Positions 53,209-64,000 of a stretch of DNA of 64,000 nt are shown in pieces. A model generated the notes under the pieces. It was not told the DNA's origin. It did not search any database and saw nothing but the letters and a program-made list of their open reading frames with translations. The position numbers and the translations under genes are program-made. Positions within the stretch are counted from its first letter, which is position 1; each line of letters opens with the position of its first letter. The stretch covers positions 28,009,997-28,073,996 of the forward strand of contig NC_068987.1 in NCBI RefSeq assembly GCF_001194135.2, given 5' to 3'. This DNA comes from Octopus bimaculoides (Eukaryota).

Positions 53209-54132
53209 CTGTAAACAGCAACCAGTTGTAGTAAAGTAAAAAAAAAAAGAGAATAACTAAATAAATAATTAAATAAATAATAAAAAAGACAAAATGATAA
53301 TGATGATGAGGATGATAATGATGGTGTTGCTGCTGGTGGTGGTGGTGGTGATGATGGCGACGATGATGATGACGATGACAGAGACATCAACTATGATGAT
53401 GTTGATGTTTATTATTATAATAATAATACTATTAATAATAATTATAATGGTTTCAAGAACTAAGCTGAAGAATTTTAGATTTACTAAGTAGATTTACAGT
53501 CTTCCAATTTTTCTATTTAATTTTCAATTGAATTCAAATCAATAAAATAAACATATTGTGAGCTAAGAACACTTTTATACTGCTATGTCATTCAACTAAC
53601 ATGATGCTGTCCAACATACAAATTGTTGATGATGCTTCATTTTCTGGGACATTTTTTCCCCTATTTCTTGGTTTCATATATCGTGATTGGTGTGACTTCA
53701 GTTAATGGTATTTTTATTTATTTATTTTCTTTTTATTATCTGTTTTTTGTTTTTTCTTTATTCTTATAACTTTTATAGCTGATATTTGATTTTTAATGCT
53801 TTCAGTGATTTGAATTCCAATTTAAGTCAAACATTTTTGAAATGCTTTGTAAAGAATTTTTGTTGAGTAGACCAAATATATTTAAAATTTAATTTGTCTT
53901 ATCTATTTTTCTCTCATTATTATGGTTTTAAAAAAAAAATTTTCTATTCATGTTTGTGTTTTGTCTTCTTCTCCATGCCTACTTAATATGGAAGGGAAAG
54001 AAACACAACCATTTTAAATTGAACGGATTTGTGAAACAGCTCTTTGTTATATATTTTGCTATGTATTCAGCTTTCACTTGTTTTTTTATGTGTGCGTGAG
54101 TGTGCACGTGCATGTGTGTGTGACTTTCTCAC

Positions 54133-54260
54133 ATGAGCCAGACTATCGTGAAACAAAACTTTTACTATAGATATATCAATGAGATATGGTGTCAAACAAG
54201 TGGAGATAATCTGTTTTGCTTCAAAAGAAAAATCAGCTAATGTCCCTTTTGTAAGATTCT
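54133..54260 (-). CDS. Internal exon of the minus-strand gene: (E)NLTKGTLADFSFEAKQIISTCLTPYLIDISIVKVLFHDSLAH
   Basis: Acceptor ttaattgctattcgtag|AG AAT, donor CAT|gtgaga; 128 nt, phase 1 to 0; joins the phase-1 end of exon 56388. Confidence 0.65.
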
Positions 54261-55184
54261 CTACGAATAGCAATTAATTTTAGTTTTGCATATGTTATTT
54301 CATATAACATATGCAAAACTAAACATATTATGTTATCACCAGTTTCAACTAGCATTCGTGTATGCAGATTGATCATTGGACTGGAATTCTATTCTACTTT
54401 GCTCACAATTTATGATTGAGTTTTAGCCATGAATCAATAAATTGTAAGTCCAACACCTCAACCCCAAACTAAACCATCCATGATTTCCATTGGTATGAAT
54501 TTTGTTTTAAATCATTGTCTTAAAAATATATAATAATTTCTAATTATTAATGATCTAATTTTTGTTTTGTTTTCTATTGCTTATTAATCTTACTGAGTTG
54601 TGAACTTTTGTTCATAATGTCTGGTTATGATATCAAACAAAAAGAGGAAATAAAATATTGTTATATTAATTAGAATTTATTAAATATTGTTGTATCTCTT
54701 TTACAAGGATATATCATTGCAATATTTTGCATGCATAATTAAAATTTTAGAAAAATTTCAATGTTATTAGTTAAAAAGAAAGAATTAAAAATAAGTGCAA
54801 AATATTAATTTTGTAATATTTATTTCATTTAATTTCAGAATCATCATTTAATTTTAATATCATAGTTTATGGGTTATTCAGTTCAGATGGAATGCAGTGG
54901 TTATAAGAAGAAGAACTATAGACAAGGAAAGAGAGTGTGGAAGTAGAATAAAATCTCTGGATTAGAATATGAGATGGGTAGTACTCCCAGTGAACAACTT
55001 ACACCAGACACCAACTTCAACCAGGCACCAATCATATTCTCGTCATGGTATTATGCACAATAGTATTCATAAGTAGCAAACTTAGAAAGAATATATAACA
55101 AATGGTTATTGTCATTGCAGTTTTTATTAGTTGTTTAACCTGAACATGATCAAACAGACATGTGTGTGTGTGTGTTTGTGTGTG

Positions 55185-55400
55185 CGCGAGGAGTACTGAA
55201 AAGTTACTATCATTGGGTAAAAGAAAATACAGGAGGATCAACTAATTGTGATTTTATTCAACATATTCCTCCTCAGATTCATACATTTATTATTGTGGTA
55301 CTTCAGTTTTTCTAAGCTCTGTAAAAGAATTCAGAAAGTTGGGCCTCCAATCAGGCCTTCCAAGAAACCCTTAAAACCAGGAACTTTCCAGCACCTGCTT
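55185..55400. mobile_element. Mariner-type MITE
   Basis: gaggagtactgaaaagttact ... ccaggaactttccagcacctg; same family as 17794. Confidence 0.75.
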
Positions 55401-55899
55401 TATAAATCATTGTTACTATTCTTTTAGTCAAGAAAGAAGGCTTGCCCATGACTCTTTACAAAATCTATAAGACTTGAAGAAAAGAGGAACCCTCAAACAG
55501 GAAACCTAACCCAAACGGATGAAGTCTACAGCTGAAGTAGGCCATGACAAGATTTGGATTTGGAATGCAGAAATACCACTAGGCATCTGATTCAATTTCA
55601 TTGCAATTGAATCAATTCATTGCACTGTTTTTTTTTTTTTTCTTTTCATTTTGTTTTTAACCTTGAAAGAAAGAAAATGAATGTTGACCTCAGCAACATT
55701 TGAACTCAAAGTCCAGAGAATCAGAACTAATGCTATGAAGCATTCTATCCACTGCTCTAATAACAATGTCAATTTGTGACTTATTGAAGATGTTCTAGCC
55801 AAGACCATCTAAGAATACATTATCCAATATTATTTGACAGAGTTGTCAGTCATTGTAATCCAGAACAACATGACTGAATATATTGGTTTTAAATTTTGG

Positions 55900-56320
55900 C
55901 ACATGGCCAGCAATTACAGGGAATGGGGAAGCCAATTACATTGATACCAGTGATCCACTGGTACTTATTTTAGCAACCCTGAAAGGATGAAAGGGAAAGT
56001 CGACTTTGGTAGAATTTGAACTCAGAACGTGAAGACAGACAAAGGGCTGGTAAGCATTTTGATCAGCAGGCTAATGATTCAGTCAGCTCTCCTGTCTTAC
56101 ATTAAACAAATAATGCTTTCAAATGTTGACACAAGGCCAGCAAGTTCAGGGTATGGGGTAAGGTGATTGCCAGTGCTCAACTGGTACTGATTTTACTCAC
56201 CCTGAAAGAATGAAAGGCAAAGTCAACTTCAACAGAATTTGAACTTAGAAAGTAAAGATGGATGAAATGTTGCTAAGCATTTTGCCTGATGTACAAACAA
56301 TTTTGCCATCTCACCGCATT
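55900..56320 (-). mobile_element. Two tandem SINE family B copies
   Basis: Each has ctggtact.atttt...ccctgaaag.atgaaagg.aaagtc.act...agaatttgaact.agaa.gt.aaga.gga. Confidence 0.8.
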
Positions 56321-56387
56321 CAGTGACTGAGTATATTAAGAAATACTTGGTGACAGTATTAGGTTACATAGAAAACATTCTAGTCAC

Positions 56388-56466
56388 CTATATAGCTGAT
56401 TTTATTGTGTGGAAAGTTGTTATCCCTCAGTACTTGAAACACAGAGCTTCTATGTGCCTGCTTAAT
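56388..56466 (-). CDS. Internal exon of the minus-strand gene: IKQAHRSSVFQVLRDNNFPHNKISYI(E)
   Basis: Acceptor cactgtcatttctaacag|ATT, donor TAG|gtgact; 79 nt, phase 0 to 1. Confidence 0.5.
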
Positions 56467-57487
56467 CTGTTAGAAATGACAGTGAAATCTCCCTTAAATC
56501 ACACCACTGCCAATTATGATTATATTGGACAATGTAACTTTTGATGAATATATAAAAATGTGAAATGGTCAAGAGAGGAATGCTTTTGATTATAAGTCAA
56601 CTGGATGTGGGCTGACCTGAGGTTAAACAACACCAACAACAGCAATATCATTTCCAGCCACATGTAAAGATTTGTAAAAAAGAGAAGATTACAGAGTTTT
56701 CAAGTTATTAGTCATACGTAAATTTGCATATAGGATTTGCATTTGATGTAATTCAGCTTCATATCCAGACACACCAATCAATTTGGAATCATATTTTTAC
56801 ATATTAAGATTATTACAAAATTTCTGTTGACTGAGACAAGTTTTGCTTGATTGTTTATTGAGCCACAACACATTGTATAATAATTTTGTCATTACTTTTA
56901 GTAATCATTCTGATATTTGTCTTAAAGTTACTTTAATAATATAGCTTAAATTAGCTTCTAGTTTCACAGAATTTTAATTTTGTTTTTTATTTTGATATTT
57001 ACTTTGTTTTATATTATCATTTAATCTATACTTCAATTGGTTTGCTCTTTGATTGTCATCACATTATCACCATTATTCCATGGTGTGTACATAGAACAGA
57101 CACAAATTTGAACCTGGAAGCATTATTCTTAAACTTAAGATAGGAATATGCTTATCCACTTATATAAGTATGTTAGACAATGACAGTAGAAGAGAATGTT
57201 ATAATTCTTAGACTGAATTTCATAAGAAATAACTCCAACACAACATTTGTATATCGATGTTAATGGATGATTAGTTAATAAATAAATGAGTTAGAAATAG
57301 GGAGTATTGGGCTAGAATCCATTTCTACAATGTATGTATTAGCAGGTAATTCTGTAGAAATTTGAGTGGAAGCTATAATCTAAATTGTGTTTTATTACAT
57401 ATCTTCTTGTAACAAGATGTGTAGAATTGACAATGCTTATTAGAAAATGAGAACCATATAGCTTTAAGCCAGGCATAATATACATAC

Positions 57488-57520
57488 TTAGAATTTTGCA
57501 TCTGCTCTTCTGTTAAATGC
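57488..57520 (-). CDS. Short internal exon of the minus-strand gene: (G)HLTEEQMQNS(K)
   Basis: Acceptor ttttcttataaccttgtacaag|G CAT; donor AA|gtatgt (phase 2) or TAT|gtatat at 57484 (phase 0, which would join exon 56466); starts in phase with exon 58871. Confidence 0.45.
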   Translation of the reverse strand, partial: AFNRRADAKF

Positions 57521-58070
57521 CTTGTACAAGGTTATAAGAAAATAGATAAAAAATATAATTACTTTGGATTTTACATATGTATATGAATCTGGATATTGTA
57601 TTGAAATGTAGACAAGCATTGGCTTTCAAATATATTTAAATGAATGTCATTGGTGTTAGTTTATATTTTTCTCAATAGGCTGCCATTTTATCACCTGAGC
57701 TAAACATGATTCACATCTGCTATTTACTATTTATGAAACAAATGTCATTTTTAGTTAATGTCTTAGAAACTTGGAATTGATTGAATTTTATATATGCACT
57801 AACTTTTCAGGAATAAAGCACTAGAAAATTTAAATCAGAGCTTTGTTGGCATGAATACACACACGCACGCATGCTTGCACACACACACACACACACACAC
57901 ATACATATGCACACACATGTATGTGTGCATGTATATATGTGCATAAACATATATATATATATGTAATAATATGTGTGTGTCTATGTATGTATGTATTTAT
58001 CTATCTATCTATCTATCTATCTATTTATCTATCTATCTATATATCTATCTATATCTATCTNNNNNNNNNN

Positions 58071-58117
<47 letters not shown>

Positions 58118-58870
58118 GGGATCAGCAGCTAAAGAGCAGTAGGATTGGGTAGTTAATTAAATACATTCACTGTTATCTTTATTTATTAATTCAATTATCT
58201 AAACAATAACTTAAAGAATTTGATTAATTTTATTGCAGAATACTGAATCACAATAACAGAAGTTTCACTCATGGTTTCATCGATGCAATTTTTAAGCTTC
58301 CAGGAATTCAAGTATTTTTCCTTACTCCACTCACTCTCTTTCTCTTGCAGCAGAACACATCTCTCCATTTCCTGTCTGTTTCTAATTTTTTAACTTTCCA
58401 CTTTTATAATTTTTTTTCCCCATCTTCCTATACCTTTCCCATTTATTGTTCCAAGTTCTTTTTCTCATCATTTTCTGAAATCATTTATTTTTTTTCTTTC
58501 TTTCATTGTTTGTCTCCATTGTCAAATTCTTTAGGTCCTCTTGCATTTTAATTGTCATCTTTCTCATAATGCCACTCTTTATATCTGGGTCCCCCCTCTA
58601 TCTGCTCCTTTCATTCTTCATTCACCCTCCATTCTCTGATCTCTGTCATTAATCTGTCTTCAATAGAATTTGTTTATTTTTTTATTATTTCCTTCTTCCA
58701 TATCTAGCTATCTAGTTATCTCTTCAATGAGCCATTAGATTTGTCTTCTAGCTTTAACAATGCACTTACAGACGTCAAAGTATTACTTCTGTCAAATTAT
58801 GTTCTTTCTGTGGTTGTTATTATTGTTATCATCATTAAAGAATGAATACACCAGCTACATATCTAATTAC

Positions 58871-59035
58871 CCAAGTCTCACTATGCCTGGTATTTTCACT
58901 GAAACAAAACTAGTAGCCTTGTACAATAATCTTATTTCTTCAGCAAGAAGTTTATACTTCATGTATAGCCAATTTACAGTTTGTAGAATCAATTTACTTT
59001 CCATACATATGGAAAGCAAATGGATTTCTGTTCTT
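58871..59035 (-). CDS. Internal exon of the minus-strand gene: RTEIHLLSICMESKLILQTVNWLYMKYKLLAEEIRLLYKATSFVSVKIPGIVRL(G)
   Basis: Acceptor taactatttttctgtag|A AGA (NAGNAG tag/aag), donor GG|gtaatt; 165 nt symmetric phase 2-2, open throughout. Confidence 0.65.
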
Positions 59036-59813
59036 CTACAGAAAAATAGTTAATATTGCAGACATATCGTCATAAAACAATTTCACAGAACTAAATCAAT
59101 TACACATCTTGTTACTGAAAAAAATGACATTTTATAGCAACTACTGGCACAAATCAGAAAACATGGATTGACTAGAGAAAATATACAATGTAATTCTCAA
59201 AACAATTTCTTTTTTTTTTCTTTTTCTGTTTTGGTTTTTGCTACACCTTATCTCAATATGAAGAGCAATATTCATTAACTATTTCTACCAGTGCAGTGTA
59301 AAATCAAATAAGCATTAACAATTACACTTATGCTTGTTTTTTGTAAAGTTTATATACGTAAACACACAATAAAAACAAACGTATATATATGCAAAGTCTA
59401 AAATTGTGAGAAAATACTCCGAGGAAACACTTTGCTTACTAAATATACATATTGTACAAACTTACATATGTAATACAGCAATGTGAAAAAATTCAGTAAA
59501 CTGAGATTATTCTTGTAATTAAAAGACAAAAATGCTCTCCAATGGTGTTTGAAATAAAAAATAAGACTAATACAAAAGAGAGATAACACTAAATATATCA
59601 GTGATTTTAACTTTTGGGGAAATGACAACAATATACTTGATATGATTGAAAGCAACTGGTATGTTTTTCATTTTATTGTATCTCAGTCTGAGTTAATCAA
59701 ATATTTCTAACTCGCTACATTACATCTCAGACTGTACCACACAAATGCACACACAAACACAGACATAAGGCACATACTAAGGTGTAATAGTGTGAGTTAA
59801 AAATCTTAAATAT

Positions 59814-59854
<41 letters not shown>

Positions 59855-60160
59855 GTGTATTTCTTCTATCTTAATGAATAAAAATTCTTCTGATAGAATA
59901 AATGGGTTAATAGAAACCAATGTAGCAAAGAACACAAAATAACTGTGGTTAGCTCCTGTTTTTAAGGCAGGAACTCCTTGAAATTTTGGGTATTNNNNNN
60001 NNNNNNNNNNNNNNNNNNNNNNNNNNNNNNNNNNNNNNNNNNNNNNNNNNNNNNNNNNNNNNNNNNNNNNNNNNNNNNNNNNNNNNNNNNNNNNNNNNNN
60101 NNNNNNNNNNNNNNNNNNNNNNNNNNNNNNNNNNNNNNNNNNNNNNNNNNNNNNNNNNNN

Positions 60161-60195
<35 letters not shown>

Positions 60196-60379
60196 TATAA
60201 TATCATCATGTAATCAAGATTACTTAACATCCACATTTCCATGCTTACATGGCTCACACATATATACATACATATGCAAACATACATACATATTCTCCTC
60301 ATCCCCCAAAATAACTAAACCACCCTTGCTAAAATTTGCTGCCCAATAGCCAGCTAGAATATCATGTACAAATTATATA

Positions 60380-61790
60380 CTGGGTACCTCAATCTGTTCT
60401 TGCAGAATCATTGTGCTACCAACAACATTATAATACCTGAGAAAGTTGGAGGAAAGATGGAGGTGCATGGCTGCATAAAGCAGTTATTAATTTACAAAAT
60501 GATTCAAGAAAAAAACAATAAAACATTGCAGGAACTTAACCGTAGCATGACTAAACTATCAAAAGACTTTTGATAGTTATAACACCTAGGGAATTATCAA
60601 AATCAAAGCATTACAATTCGCCAAAGTTCCACAACCATTAGTGGGTGCTTTTGAATGCCTGACCAAGATTTGGTACACCACTTTGCTGCTTAAGGGTGAT
60701 AAGGAGAAAATTGAGTCAGATGCATTCACTACCAAGAAGGCATCTTTCAGGATGATATCCCATTGATGTTGTTTCTTGTTCTCTCATTAAACTTCCTATC
60801 ATACATGTTCACAAAACATAGTGATCAGTGAAATAGATCAAGATGTATCCCACATTTTTTTGTCAATGATCTGAAACTGTATGGGATAAATATTGATCAC
60901 ATAAAAAAAAACTACTGATACTTAAAACATAATTTTCTATAGATATTGGGATGAAACTTTGTGTGTCTAAATGTGCATTTTTAATAATAAATCATGAAAA
61001 GGTCGTGCTCTCCTCTGAAAACCTAAGAATGAATGGTTTGACAATACAAACTCTACAGTCGGTTGACAATTATAGGTATCTTGGACAAGATGAGAATGTC
61101 AGATATGATGGACTCATAAATAAGGAGAGGATCAGGAATAAAAAGAGAATATGGTTATCAAAAATCTCAGCTTACAACAAGCATATTGCGCACAACACTT
61201 TTAGCAGTGCCTGTCTGCATGCATATGCTTGGCCTACTGAACTGGTCACTACAAGAACTCAATGAGATGGATGTTTGAACTCAGAAGCTACTCAGTGTTA
61301 CACAAGATTTCAACATCAATGGAGATATAGACAAGCTATATTTCCCATGCATGAATGGTGGCCATGGTCTCAAATCTGTATTGATGTCATATGAAGCATG
61401 TATTGTGAAACTAAAACTACATCTGATGCAGAGAAAAGAGACCAGAAACTATCTTGCTCTAGTTTGTGACCATGAAATCAACAGCATAATTAGGATAGCT
61501 AACGAACTTGAGGAAAGGTATGAGATACAATCTAATACAGATCTCTTCCCAAGGAGCATTGATAGAATTATTTATCGGAACAACAGAATAATAAAAAAAA
61601 TGGACCAGTTCACTGAGAAGATGGTACACTGGTACTTGGCATATAAAACACAAAGCTTGGCATTGAGTACTGACAAGTTTATGACATAACACTTTGAAGG
61701 CTACAACCATGCAATCCTAGAACAAGAGATCCCCACCAACTATTAAGTCATCAAGTATGAAATTTGTAGAAAAGAAAAGAAAGTTTGCTA
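60380..61790 (+). mobile_element. R4/Dong-like non-LTR retrotransposon RT fossil
   Basis: GIFQDD (cf. GIFQGD), FVNDLKLYG (cf. FMDDLKLY), MKLCVSKC, YRYLGQDEN, ISAYNKHIAHNT, DIDKLYFPCMNGGHGL (cf. RLY..R..GGRGL); many stops and frameshifts. Confidence 0.75.
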
Positions 61791-62332
61791 GTGTTTTATA
61801 AATACAATGAATAGTTTTATTCATCAAAGTATGCACCCATGTTGTCAATACACTTTTGCCATTTCAGTGGTAGCTTGTCCAGCCTGGAACTGTGAAAGCC
61901 TGGCAATCAAGAGTCAATAAAATCTTGGAAGGCATGTTTTACAGCATCATCTTAATTATATATGCATGGGTATCTCTTGCTTTGGCATACCGTTTTAAAT
62001 GTAAATAAATGTCACTCTCATAGAAGCAGTATCATTCGTTTGTAAACTTCTATGAAAACATGTGCAGCCATTGAGATGCTCATGTTTCAAGGACTAAGAG
62101 AAATGTTACCTTGCTTGGAAACAAGTGGATGCTGAAGACAGTAAGAGTATCTGGCCATAGAATAATCTGCCTCGGTGAATTACATTTCACATAGTGTGGA
62201 CTGGGGTGCAGAGCAAGTTCCTGCGGAGGGACTGGTATGGCTTCTCACATGTAGCATGCTAGAATAAAAGTAGTGATGCAGATATTTATCACTGCCTCAG
62301 TCTTCTAGTTTATGATAAGGCACTGCATAAGC

Positions 62333-62550
62333 TTAACCCTTTAGCCTTCAGGTCATTCTCTCAAATTTATTCACATTATTTTGAATTAATCATTCATTAT
62401 TTTGTAGCTAAGAGACTTTCATGATATGATTGCTTACATTTAGAATGATATTGTAGGACAGGTGTGAGTGGCCATATCTTGCCAGTTTTAACATAAAATT
62501 AGTTTAATATTTTGGCTGCATATGGCCAGGTTGAATGCTAAAGTTACAAG
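62333..62550. mobile_element. piggyBac-like MITE
   Basis: Starts ttaaccctttagc, ends gaatgctaaagtta; same body as 45585. Confidence 0.65.
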
Positions 62551-63588
62551 GTATCTAGACTCTTCAATACAGACACCACCTGAGACACAATTAGCTACAA
62601 CAAGTTAGTTAACAAGATATTATGATATCAGTTTGTAGTGAGTAACAAGATATCATGAGAATGTTATAAAGTTGTAAACATGTTTATAATACACTTGGTC
62701 AGTTCATATTTTGAGAACCTACAGAAAACCTATGGGAATTCAATAAATGTATTTTACAAAACTTTTTTTCTTCACTTACGTGTAAGATATATTGGAGAAG
62801 GTTTACATATGAATTACAAAAACACAAATAGGCATTACAAACAGGTACATACATACAAACATACACCCAAGATAGTCTTGTATGCATGTGAGAATGGATA
62901 TATGTGTGCATATAGCTATATCTGTATCTAAACACACAGGCATAGACATATAAACACACAGATGAAATATATAATTCTGTACATTATTTACATGCACACA
63001 CATACATACATGTAAATAAAACGAAACATGAAAGATTGTTTATAACATGTTTAGTTACACCATCTTACATATGTTTCATATAATTAAGGTGATTATAACA
63101 TACATAACATATATTACATAATCAAGTCTTATTGTCAAATTACCATATATACACACATACATATGCACACACACACACACATATATATATATATTATTAT
63201 TATTATTGGATTGCAAAGATGTTCATACAATGTACTCTGTGAAACACTGAAACCCAGGAGTCACAACAGAGGATACAAATACAATAATATGCATGGGAAT
63301 ACACTGCAGTTCCAAATATTAGTTACTTGTCACACAATTTAAGGATTAAATTGCTCTTGACACATACATACGTACATACAAATATATATGATGCATCTAT
63401 ACATACACACACACACACATATATATATACACACACACACACACACATATATGTGTATGTATGTATGTATGTATGTATGTATGTATGTATGTATGTATGT
63501 ATGTATCTATCTATCTATCAATTCATCTGGCACTATTGGTTATGACGACGATGGCTCCAGTTGATCCAAACAACAGAGGAGTCTACTC

Positions 63589-64000
63589 ATGAAATTAATG
63601 TGCAAATGGCTGAGCACTCCACATACACTTGTACCACTAACACAATGCTGCACCACAAACGACAAAGACAGGAGAACAGACAAGAAGACGGTAAACACAA
63701 ACAGGCTTCAAGCCCAAACACGTCACACAGAGGAAAAGAAAAAGAAACAGATCTGTAAATTCTACCTAAATGGTACCTGCTGGCACGGGGAAAAGGGACG
63801 AAACTGCAAATTTGCCCATCCCAAACACTACCAGCTAAACAAGGTAGATAACCACTTACAACAAAATAAGTGGGAGCGCAGAAAAGTGAGACCAGAAAGC
63901 TTAAATCTACGTACACATAATCCACCGAATACCAACAGGACTCACAAAGAGAGAAGTCCGTATATTCCTTCTGCTCCCAAAAAAAGGCTGTATGCAGAGG
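63589..64000 (+). mobile_element. Open frame with a CCCH zinc finger running off the window end, probably a LINE ORF1 remnant
   Basis: MKLMCK...KKKQICKFYLNGTCWHGEKGRNCKFAHPK... with C-x7-C-x8-C-x3-H; no stop to 64000; A/C-rich composition like a retroelement sense strand. Confidence 0.55.

Noticed and set aside
56323-56544. Plus-strand ORFs 56323-56544 and 58760-59053
   Set aside because: They are antisense shadows of better-supported minus-strand exons and lack plus-strand splice context.
18-63545. Most long ORFs in the supplied track (YIYI, HTHT, CVCV peptides and poly-X)
   Set aside because: They are translations of dinucleotide microsatellites or N gaps, which lack stop codons; no coding signal.

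Overview
This is AT-rich, gap-ridden eukaryotic genomic DNA dominated by (TA)n/(CA)n/(TATG)n microsatellites and interspersed repeats. The repeat families look like octopod cephalopod DNA, probably an Octopus draft scaffold (inference). Almost all ORFs in the supplied track are microsatellite or N-gap artefacts. Reading for splice signals by hand gives a minus-strand multi-exon gene across most of the window, with candidate exons at 59035-58871, 57520-57488, 56466-56388, 54260-54133, 53208-?, 34245-34149, 17256-17188, 8861-8795 and 3857-3667. I do not recognise its product. Its most unusual feature is an in-frame TGA one base before the donor of the penultimate exon, in exact phase with a 62-codon terminal exon (H-[TGA]-E-VLPKW). 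Introns hold fossils of RTE and R4/Dong-like LINEs, a CCCH-finger ORF1-like frame, three Tc1/mariner clades (DD34D, DD37D, DD41D), a Helitron helicase fragment, a Helentron-like insert, MITEs and many tRNA-derived SINEs. They also hold several potential dsRNA structures: a ~430-bp foldback, inverted SINE pairs and a perfect 20-bp hairpin beside a splice acceptor. No rRNA, true tRNA or CRISPR is supportable. All gene models are hand-derived and need RNA-seq or homology confirmation.
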